NCBI GenBank assembly: GCA_964541365.1
Contig: CAZIPJ010000002.1
Location: 1 to 53,837 of the forward strand
Length of the DNA: 53,837 nt
DNA from: an uncultured Lachnospiraceae bacterium
Lineage (GTDB): Bacteria; Bacillota; Clostridia; Christensenellales; UBA1242
Direction: 5' to 3'
Position numbers and translations under genes: made by a program. Positions 25,526-31,756 of this stretch are shown here, piece by piece. Positions within the stretch are counted from its first letter, which is position 1. The number at the start of each line of letters is the position of its first letter. The notes beneath the pieces were generated by a model, which was given only the letters and a program-made list of their open reading frames with translations, did no database searches and was not told the DNA's origin.

Positions 25526-25988
25526 TTAGTACATTGTTTTATCTTTGATTTTCATATAATCTTCAAAGAGTTTCAAACACTCTTTGTGGTCAACTTGAAT
25601 AATTTTATCTTTCATCTTTTCGGTCGAGATTGAAAGGTTTTTATAGAATATTTCATCCCTAAAACCAATCATATCATTCTCTGCAATCGTGCAACCGTAA
25701 TAAATCTTATTGATGTTTGCCCACAAGATTGCACCCAAACACATTGGACAAGGTTCGCCAGTTGTGTAAATGTCTGCACCACTCAAATCAAATGTGTTCA
25801 AATTCTTGCAAGCATTTCTGATTGCGTCAATTTCTCCGTGACAGGTTGGGTCATTATTTACCACAACGTGGTTGTGCCCCCCCGATTACTTTTCCATCCT
25901 TCACGACAACTGCACCAAAAGGTCCACCATCATTATGGCTGATGCCCTGTCTCGCTTCTTGGATGGCGATTTTCATAAACTTATTCAT
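25526..25988 (-). pseudogene. CDA-fold guanine deaminase-like (GuaD/TadA superfamily) gene interrupted by a frameshift in a G7 tract
   Basis: Two track ORFs (25854-26126, 25526-25864). From ATG 25988: MNKFMKIAIQEARQGISHNDGGPFGAVVVKDGKVIGG, then a frame change at plus-strand C7 (about 25870-25876), then ...NNDPTCHGEIDAIRNA...GEPCPMCLGAILWA. These are the CDA zinc motifs (C/H)AE and PCxxC. Removing one G restores KVIGGHNHVVVNNDPTCHGE. Confidence 0.75.
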
Positions 25989-26010
25989 AGTTTTTTCACC
26001 CCTAAATTTA

Positions 26011-26607
26011 TTACTCAGAAGCAGAATCAATTTTCTTTCTGAGTTCTTCCATTTCCTTGTCAATGCTTTCACTTGAAAGACTGTCAAGACTTGCTTGTTC
26101 TTCAATAAACTTTGCAAATTCTGCATCTGTCATCTCTGCGCCCTTCTTGTCTTTTCCAGCATTGTAGAATGTCTCTTGGCTCATTTCCATAAAGTTGTCC
26201 ATTTGGTCAGTTTGAGTTTCAACTGCTGTCATTGCAGCTTCAAACTGAGCTTGGATTTTTGCAAATTCTTTTGCATCTGCAAGTTTTGTCATTTCCTTGC
26301 TGATGTCGCTCATTCCCCTAAGGAAATCAGATGTCATCATTGTCACATCTTTCATCTGTGCAGTGATTTCAAAGTTGAGAAGCATTTCTTGTGCTCTTCT
26401 TTGTTGTTGAACAGTCATTTTATAACCGCTGAGTGCAAGTTTGTATTGTGCATCCAAAGACTTTTCTTTTGCTCTCTTTGCAGCATCAATAAACACCTGC
26501 TTTTGGTCTTCAAGCTTGTTGATTTGCTTGTTCATTGTGTTGATAGTTCTTTTAACCAACATCTTCTTTTCAATTTCTTTTTGCTGTTTTGTTTTAAACA
26601 ATCCCAT
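26011..26607 (-). CDS. Snf7/ESCRT-III-like protein (CHMP2/Vps2-like pattern) with acidic C-terminal MIM-like helix
   Basis: 198 aa, all-helical by composition. Starts MGLFKTKQQKEIEKK. Basic N-half and acidic C-half. The segment QMKDVTMMTSDFLRGMSDISKEMTKLADAKEFAKIQAQFEAAMTAVETQTDQMDNFMEMS parallels CHMP2A LKSNNSMAQAMKGVTKAMGTMNRQLKLPQIQKIMMEFERQSEIMDMKEEMMNDAIDDA. The C-terminus SIDKEMEELRKKIDSASE parallels CHMP2A DLEERLKNLRRD. SD GGAGG lies within the upstream gene's end, and the ATG is 1 nt after the upstream stop. Confidence 0.7.
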   Translation of the reverse strand: MGLFKTKQQKEIEKKMLVKRTINTMNKQINKLEDQKQVFIDAAKRAKEKSLDAQYKLALSGYKMTVQQQRRAQEMLLNFEITAQMKDVTMMTSDFLRGMSDISKEMTKLADAKEFAKIQAQFEAAMTAVETQTDQMDNFMEMSQETFYNAGKDKKGAEMTDAEFAKFIEEQASLDSLSSESIDKEMEELRKKIDSASE

Positions 26608-26608
26608 T

Positions 26609-27223
26609 TTATTCCTCCATCATCATTTTTTTCTTTTTCTTCTCAGCAGTTTCTCTCTGTCCTTCAACATAGAGTTCCTGTTCATCAGCCAATTGATTTT
26701 CTTTCTCAAAAATCGTCAACAAATCTTCTTCGTTCTTGCCCATTCCATAAATCGTTTGATTAACATCGTAAGCAGATTGAACTTCTGAAAACACTTCGTC
26801 TGCACTTGTCAAGACATCTTCGCTTGCAATCCTTGTTTCAAGCGCCTTGTTTAAAAACTTTGCAAGTCCAAGCTGGTCTTTAAGAAGCTCTGAAAGTGGC
26901 ACTTTGGTTTGTGTTTTGAAGAATGTGTTGCTGTCATACGCATCTTTGAGCTTTGTCATAAGTCTGATGTTGTAGAGCAGGTACATTCCCCTTTCCATAC
27001 AAGTCTGTTTTTCTTCGTTAAGATGTGAAATTTTCTTCGCATAGAAAAGTTGCAAATCTTTGTTCTTTTCCTTTTTGCCTTTTTCCATAAGAGCATCAAT
27101 CTCTTTGACCTTCTGGAAAACTTCCGCTTCCACCGTGCGTTCTTGTCTTTCAAGTTCGCAAATGGAGTTGACTAAGTCTTCACGGTTAAGTTTTTTAAAT
27201 TTGTTTCTTCTAAATAACCACAT
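26609..27223 (-). CDS. Second ESCRT-III-superfamily-like coiled-coil protein (Snf7/PspA-like), tentative
   Basis: Start taken at ATG 27223 (MWLFRRNKFKKLNREDL) with SD GAAGGAGC 7 nt upstream; the track ORF extension has no SD. 204 aa. Basic N-terminal helices (EIDALMEKGKKEKNKDLQLFYAKKISHLNEEKQTCMERGMYLLYNIRLMTKLKDA), acidic C-half, Lys-rich tail AEKKKKKMMMEE. Confidence 0.5.
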   Translation of the reverse strand: MWLFRRNKFKKLNREDLVNSICELERQERTVEAEVFQKVKEIDALMEKGKKEKNKDLQLFYAKKISHLNEEKQTCMERGMYLLYNIRLMTKLKDAYDSNTFFKTQTKVPLSELLKDQLGLAKFLNKALETRIASEDVLTSADEVFSEVQSAYDVNQTIYGMGKNEEDLLTIFEKENQLADEQELYVEGQRETAEKKKKKMMMEE

Positions 27224-27236
27224 TTTCTTGCTCCTT

Positions 27237-27599
27237 CTAATAGTTCTCGCCAGCGACGATTGCATTGATGCCTTCCAAGAAATCTTCATAGACCTTCTTT
27301 TGTCCATCGTCGGCAAAGGTGAATGCATTTTGACATTCTTGCATCGACATAACATCTTTGTAAGCGACAGGGTCTTTCAGCAATTGGTCTTCCGTTTTGA
27401 TGCGAAGTTTGTACAACATCAATCCCCAATAAGCATCAGCACATTTGCTGTCATATTGCAACGCCAACAGGAAATTGATTTTAGCTTGTTCAAACATCCC
27501 TTCGCTTAAATTCAAATAGCCAAGACGAAGTTCTTTCAAGACATTTGTCTTCTCGCTTTCTCCAAGCGTATCTGATGCTTGATAAAACCTTCCTATCAT
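27237..27599 (-). CDS. Small TPR-like protein
   Basis: 120 aa. LRLGYLNLSEGMFEQAKINFLLALQYDSKCADAYWGLMLYKLRIKTEDQL resembles TPR pairs. It shares the A-x-Y/L-W/F-x-x-L-L-x-x-Y/H-K motif with the 1279-aa protein. Confidence 0.5.
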   Translation of the reverse strand: MIGRFYQASDTLGESEKTNVLKELRLGYLNLSEGMFEQAKINFLLALQYDSKCADAYWGLMLYKLRIKTEDQLLKDPVAYKDVMSMQECQNAFTFADDGQKKVYEDFLEGINAIVAGENY

Positions 27600-28012
27600 A
27601 CTTGTTCTTCCTTCTTTCTTTGAACAATGAAGCCTTCAACTTCTTCCAGCATTCTCATACAAGTTTCTTGTGTGTTGTCTTTTGCAACAATAATTTTCAA
27701 GTCGTCAAGCTTGTTTGAAAGTTTTGCATCCACCGCCAAAACCTTTTGATTTGTTGTTGGATTAAAGAATCTGATGTCATCTTTCGCTTGAACAAGTCTT
27801 CTGCAAAGAGCATCGTTTCCATCTGCATAAACCAAAATGCTTTCAACATTTGCAACCATATTTTCAATGCTCTTTTTGTTTTTAAGCACACCACGACTTC
27901 CGATGTCTTCATTTCCGCTTTCTTTTTTGGTTTTCTTGCCGTACTCTCTCCAAATGAAGAATCCTGCAAGTCCAACAACCGCCAACATAATGATAATATA
28001 AACAGCAATCAT
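27596..28012 (-). CDS. Single-pass (N-terminal TM) helical protein, function unknown
   Basis: 138 aa. MIAVYIIIMLAVVGLAGFFIW TM segment followed by a charged helical region. 4-nt ATGA overlap with the next gene. SD GGAGAAAAA upstream. Confidence 0.5.
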   Translation of the reverse strand: MIAVYIIIMLAVVGLAGFFIWREYGKKTKKESGNEDIGSRGVLKNKKSIENMVANVESILVYADGNDALCRRLVQAKDDIRFFNPTTNQKVLAVDAKLSNKLDDLKIIVAKDNTQETCMRMLEEVEGFIVQRKKEEQV

Positions 28013-28024
28013 ATTTTTTTCTCC

Positions 28025-28858
28025 TTAGATTTTCTTTCCACAATTCTGGCAAAACTTTGCACTAGCACTGTTTTCAGTATTGCAATCTGGGCAGACCTTA
28101 ACTGTTCCAATTCTTCTTCCGCAGTTGTAACAGAATTTTGCACTTGCAGAAAGTTCTTCTCCGCAGTCTGGGCAAATCACAACATCCGCAGGTTTCTTGT
28201 TTCCGCTTTTGAAATTTCCAGAAAGTTTGGCATAATCAGCTTCGTCAATGATAATATTTGCAATATTGAAAGAATAAACAGCAATTCCGTATTCTCCCAT
28301 AAGTTTTTGATTAAGTTTCGTCAAAACTTTGGATGAGATTTCTCTTTTCTTGACTGTGACTTGGTTGAACAAAATTTCTTGCGAACTTACATATTCAACA
28401 ACCACGTTCTCCACAACAGAAACAACTGTAGTTTGAAGTCTGTCTTGAAGGTCATCGGTTGTCAAATCATTGTCAGCACCAATCAAATACAAATAGCATT
28501 TTCTTGGGTCGCCAATCTGCACATCATAATCTCCGCTCATCCCCACTTTGTAATTTTCTTGCAAATTTGCATCATACATAAGGAATTTCTGAGCCGTCCC
28601 CCACAAAAGATTAAGTTTTGCAGTCTTGGACATAAAAAGAACTTCCAAATTGCTGTCAAACTCATTTTTCACATCCACAAACTTGCTGACAAGATATTTG
28701 CCAGAAGAAAGTGTTTGAAGCATTTGCCCGTCCTTAATCAAAATTGCATTGTGAGTTTCAGGGACCAGAAGTGTCAGTTTTGCAGTCAGACTTTCAATCT
28801 TGTGTCTGCTGAAAAGGCTCTTGTTGTCACCAGAAAATGTAATAATGTTTTGTTCCAT
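28025..28858 (-). CDS. SPFH (band-7)-like YdjI-type protein fused to two C-terminal zinc ribbons
   Basis: The body (...LLVPETHNAILIKDGQMLQTLSSGKYLV...LLWGTAQKFLMYDANLQENYKVGMSGDYDVQIGDPRKCYLYL...LMGEYGIAVYSFNIANIIID) matches the YdjI/virion-core-like SPFH pattern. C-terminus is CPDCGEELSASAKFCYNCG and CPDCNTENSASAKFCQNCG. Start is ATG 28858 (or GTG 28861); the SD is weak. Confidence 0.75.
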   Translation of the reverse strand: MEQNIITFSGDNKSLFSRHKIESLTAKLTLLVPETHNAILIKDGQMLQTLSSGKYLVSKFVDVKNEFDSNLEVLFMSKTAKLNLLWGTAQKFLMYDANLQENYKVGMSGDYDVQIGDPRKCYLYLIGADNDLTTDDLQDRLQTTVVSVVENVVVEYVSSQEILFNQVTVKKREISSKVLTKLNQKLMGEYGIAVYSFNIANIIIDEADYAKLSGNFKSGNKKPADVVICPDCGEELSASAKFCYNCGRRIGTVKVCPDCNTENSASAKFCQNCGKKI

Positions 28859-28902
28859 CACAGCTTCATCTTCTTTCAGAAGATACTCTCCTTCATAATG
28901 AT

Positions 28903-28930
28903 ATTATCACAAACATTTTTCAAAAGTCAA
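28903..28930 (-). promoter_or_regulatory. Sigma-A-like promoter for the 8-gene operon
   Basis: Minus strand reads TTGACT (28930-25)-N16-GATAAT (28908-03), with TGT immediately upstream of the -10 (extended -10). Confidence 0.45.
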
Positions 28931-29170
28931 AGATAACGCAAAACAAACACAAAAAACCATCAAAAAATAATGGATTGCAGTCATTTTTTAAAGAGCACCA
29001 AACTCGAAAAATATTGAAAAAGTGGATAGTTCGCCGTAAGAACTGCCCACAATTTACAAAGAGTTTTTTTTGAAACATTCACATTTTGGGAAAAGTTTTA
29101 ATACATTGTTAATGTGTAGATGTTATCGCACATAAAAGTCGTACATAAGAAAATTTTTTAGGAGGCACAA

Positions 29171-29371
29171 ATGAACTTTTTCGGAGGCTCAAATTGTGGA
29201 GATGTAAGCAGAGATAACTGTGGCTGCGGAAATGACTGCTGCTCACTCATCTTCTTGCTTTTACTCTTACAAAACTGTGGCTGTGGGTTTATGAAAGACG
29301 GCATCAGTGTTGACTGTGGAACAATTTTGTTCTTGCTCTTGCTTTCAAACTGCGGATGTGGCTGTAAATAA
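29171..29371 (+). CDS. 66-aa Cys/Gly-rich hydrophobic peptide with internal duplication
   Basis: Strong SD AGGAGG 5 nt upstream of the ATG, plus its own terminator. MNFFGGSNCGDVSRDNCGCGNDCCSLIFLLLLLQNCGCGFMKDGISVDCGTILFLLLLSNCGCGCK has 13 Cys and two copies of a [LI]-[IL]-F-L-L-L-L-x-N-C-G-C-G unit. Confidence 0.6.
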   Translation: MNFFGGSNCGDVSRDNCGCGNDCCSLIFLLLLLQNCGCGFMKDGISVDCGTILFLLLLSNCGCGCK

Positions 29372-29403
29372 TCACCCACTCTTTAAACCCAAAACCTGAA
29401 AAT

Positions 29404-29437
29404 AAAGTCCCAGACTATGTTTTGGGGCTTTATTTTT
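29404..29437 (+). terminator. Rho-independent terminator after the Cys-rich peptide gene
   Basis: AAAGTCCCA-10 nt loop-TGGGGCTTT (one G-U pair), followed by ATTTTT. Confidence 0.7.
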
Positions 29438-29553
29438 GTCGTAAAGATTGTAAAAACTGCACAAATTTTGTCACTTTTCAAAAAAATATCTTTCCAAACC
29501 GTTTACTTTTTGTTCAATTTGTTGTAAAATGTCTACGAAAAGGAGTTTTACCT

Positions 29554-29955
29554 ATGAACGTAGTTAAGAAATATGGAGAAGGGGCAGAACTTATTTGGTC
29601 TGACAGAAAGAGATTTTGGGGAATGCCACTTTCATTCACTAGATATAGATTGATTAGAAAACCTGGCGCTTGGTTTAAGCTTTTCGCTGACGTTGGATTT
29701 ACTTACTCTGAAATTGAAGAAGTAAACCTTTATCGTATTTGTGATATCTCTTTCAGACAATCACTTTTCGGCAAAATGCTTGACACCGGAACAGTTATTT
29801 TGAAAAGCAACGATGTTTCAAGACCTACATTCATTCTCAGAAATATCAAAAATCCATTCAGAGTAAGAGATATGCTTTCTGAATACATTGAACAAGAAAG
29901 AAAAATCCACAATGTTCGCTTGACAGAGTTCCACGGACACGACGGAGATTTTTAA
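29554..29955 (+). CDS. Bacterial PH-domain (YdbS/bPH_2-like) protein
   Basis: Start at ATG 29554 with SD AAAGGAG. IWSDRKRFWGMPLSFTRYRLIRKPGAWFKLFADVGFTYSEIEEVNLYRICDISFRQSLFGKMLDTGTVILKSND...FILRNIKNPFRVRDMLSEYIEQER follows the bPH pattern (...Y.L....L....G......E.+.L.RI.D+...Q....R+...G.+.+...D......+..+..P......+). Confidence 0.6.
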   Translation: MNVVKKYGEGAELIWSDRKRFWGMPLSFTRYRLIRKPGAWFKLFADVGFTYSEIEEVNLYRICDISFRQSLFGKMLDTGTVILKSNDVSRPTFILRNIKNPFRVRDMLSEYIEQERKIHNVRLTEFHGHDGDF

Positions 29956-29970
29956 TCAAACATAATAACC

Positions 29971-29998
29971 GCCTGCATACGCAGGCTTTTTTCTTTTT
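29971..29998 (+). terminator. Rho-independent terminator
   Basis: GCCTGC-atac-GCAGGC followed by TTTTTTCTTTTT. Confidence 0.8.
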
Positions 29999-30021
29999 CA
30001 TAAAAAATTTTAAAAATTTTC

Positions 30022-30050
30022 TTGACATACGCCTTTCAAAATGGTAATAT
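30022..30050 (+). promoter_or_regulatory. Consensus sigma-A promoter for tRNA-Ala
   Basis: TTGACA (30022-27)-N17-TAATAT (30045-50) with a TGg extended -10. About 12 nt upstream of the tRNA 5' end. Confidence 0.65.
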
Positions 30051-30062
30051 TTAAAAGCGTAT

Positions 30063-30139
30063 GGGGGTATGGCTCAGTTGGCTAGAGCACCTGCCTTGCA
30101 AGCAGGGGGTCATCGGTTCGAATCCGATTATCTCCACCA
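30063..30139 (+). tRNA. tRNA-Ala (anticodon UGC), CCA encoded
   Basis: Hand-folded cloverleaf: acceptor GGGGGTA/TATCTCC with G3:U70 (Ala identity); D-arm GCTC-AGTTGGCTA-GAGC; anticodon arm CCTGC-CTTGCAA-GCAGG; T-arm ATCGG-TTCGAAT-CCGAT; then ACCA. Confidence 0.92.
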
Positions 30140-30146
30140 AAATAAA

Positions 30147-30175
30147 AAGACTGTGAAATTCACAGTCTTTTTTAT
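30147..30175. terminator. Bidirectional hairpin terminator
   Basis: 9-bp stem AAGACTGTG-aaatt-CACAGTCTT with a T-run downstream and an A-run upstream. Lies between the tRNA (+) and a convergent minus-strand gene. Confidence 0.8.
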
Positions 30176-30205
30176 TCTCAAAATATGTCAGTCAATAAAT
30201 CTAAA

Positions 30206-30637
30206 TCAATAATTGGCAGGGTTCTTTTCTTTGTGCAGTCCAATCAAAATTGTAATTGAACAAGCTGTGGATAACAATCCAAAAACAAAATATGGCACTC
30301 CCACAATATAACCCCCTTCGGCAAGGTAATATACTCCAAACGCCACCACAAGAAGTCCATATATCAAATTAAAGATTGAAAATTTTTTAAAAAAATTGCT
30401 TTGGTCTCCATTTTTCCTTACCCCAAAACTTTTGCAACTGCAAATAAACATCGCCACACACAAAATCAAAAGTACAACGAGAAAAATAACAAATAATATT
30501 AAATTGGTATTTGTAGACATTTTTTTTCTTGCAAGCCCATACACAAGCACAATACCAATAATCAGCGACACAAAGAAATTTGCAAGAGTTGCAAGCAAAT
30601 TGGCTATTAGCGCAGTTTTCCATACTCCATTTTTCAT
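30206..30637 (-). CDS. Four-TM membrane protein, unknown function
   Basis: 143-aa ORF with four long hydrophobic segments. No motif recognised. Confidence 0.5.
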   Translation of the reverse strand: MKNGVWKTALIANLLATLANFFVSLIIGIVLVYGLARKKMSTNTNLILFVIFLVVLLILCVAMFICSCKSFGVRKNGDQSNFFKKFSIFNLIYGLLVVAFGVYYLAEGGYIVGVPYFVFGLLSTACSITILIGLHKEKNPANY

Positions 30638-30713
30638 AACATCTCTCCTAATTTAATACAAAATATTATTAACAAAAAAGTAAGTTATGTCAAGCACAAC
30701 TTACATCCTTTCT

Positions 30714-31385
30714 TTATTTGGTTTCAGTTTTCTTAGATTTCTTAGGTTTTTCAGTTTTTGGTTCTGCTGAAACTTCTTCAACAGTTTCTACTTTTTCAGC
30801 GTTTTGTTTTCTAAGTTCTTCCAAAATACTTGTCAAGAGTTCTTCTTGTGTTGGCTTTGGTGGAACTGGTGCAGGCTTGTTTGCTTCACGGAGCTCTGCT
30901 GTTGCAGCTGTAACTGCTTTGTAGTCCTTCATATTTACGCCTTGTTCTTTAAGAACTTTCTTTTCTTCTCTTGTTGGTCTTGCACTTTTTGCTTCCTTCA
31001 AATAGCCAGATGCGCTCATAGCGATTTTCAAAATCATAAACAATGTGAATGCAATAATCAAGAAATCAAGAACAGCTGTGATAAATGCACCCCAGTCAAT
31101 ATAGATGGTAGACTCCCAGTTGATGTTTTTCGTTGCTACACCTTCAACGATTTCATAAACAGGTTTGCCGATGATTGTTCTTGCCCCTTCAAGTCCATTT
31201 CCGCCAGTAATAACTGCCAAAAGTGCATTGATAAGTGGCATAATGATTTTGTTTGTGAATGCGGTCACGATTGCTGAGAACGCACCACCTACGATAACGC
31301 CGACAGCCATATCAAGAATATTGCCACGGCTTATGAATTTTTTGAAATCACTGAAAAAACCTTTCACTCTTCCTTTCTTTTTCAT
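30714..31385 (-). CDS. mscL: Large-conductance mechanosensitive channel MscL with extended loop and long charged C-terminal tail
   Basis: Start at ATG 31385 with SD AAAGGAGAT. GFFSDFKKFISRGNILDMAVGVIVGGAFSAIVTAFTNKIIMPLI is the MscL TM1 signature. The second TM is FITAVLDFLIIAFTLFMILKI. The 223-aa length exceeds the usual roughly 130-150 aa. Confidence 0.85.
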   Translation of the reverse strand: MKKKGRVKGFFSDFKKFISRGNILDMAVGVIVGGAFSAIVTAFTNKIIMPLINALLAVITGGNGLEGARTIIGKPVYEIVEGVATKNINWESTIYIDWGAFITAVLDFLIIAFTLFMILKIAMSASGYLKEAKSARPTREEKKVLKEQGVNMKDYKAVTAATAELREANKPAPVPPKPTQEELLTSILEELRKQNAEKVETVEEVSAEPKTEKPKKSKKTETK

Positions 31386-31523
31386 TTTTATCTCCTTTGT
31401 TAAATCTACCCATATAATAAAACATTTTGATTTTTTAGGCAAGCAAAAATATGTCATTTTTTGAATGAAAATTATTTTTTTAACCAACAGCAATATATTT
31501 GACAAAACATTAGTAAAAGTGTA

Positions 31524-31660
31524 TTCTTAGGATAACCATAAAGAGTGTGTAAGGGACAAGCCCGTTGACCACACAGCAACCTGCTTTTCGTAAGGTGCTA
31601 ATGCTTGAAACGATGGACAATAGCCGCCTGTTGTATCCATCGTCTGCGATGGATTTTTTA
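31524..31660 (+). promoter_or_regulatory. SAM-I (S-box) riboswitch with intrinsic terminator, leader of metK
   Basis: Conserved core strings are present in order: AGUGUGU-AAGGGA-CAAGCCC-GUUGA-CCACACA, GCAACC, GGUGCUAA. Terminator ATCCATCG-tctg-CGATGGAT plus T6 (31634-31660). A competing upstream CGATGGA (31611-17) could form an antiterminator. I could not fold the P1/P4 pairing cleanly by hand. Confidence 0.6.
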
Positions 31661-31756
31661 TGGAAAAGAGAAGAAGCCGTTTGTTTCTTCACAAATATAA
31701 TTTGTCTGTACGCAAAAAAAATGCGTCACGGACTCACAGACGCAAGGAGAAAAGAT

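Noticed and set aside
26095-26788. Plus-strand ORFs of 222 aa and 115 aa, rich in Cys/His/Phe/Leu, opposite the Snf7-like genes
   Set aside because: They are antisense to two coupled genes that have SDs and family-like sequence. They have no SD and their composition is typical of reverse-frame translation of Lys/Glu-rich coding DNA.
29023-29051. Imperfect hairpin GTGGATAGTTC-gccgtaa-GAACTGCCCAC in the divergent intergenic region, considered as a terminator or riboswitch element
   Set aside because: It has a two-base internal mismatch, no adjacent T-run (the nearest is 13 nt away) and no gene upstream on that strand to terminate. There is insufficient evidence for any specific RNA element.
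29171-29371. Cys-rich peptide as a RiPP (lanthipeptide/sactipeptide) precursor
   Set aside because: No radical-SAM, LanM/LanBC, protease or dedicated transporter genes are adjacent. The neighbouring ABC pair is about 9 kb away behind an unrelated operon. Kept only as an unexplained peptide.
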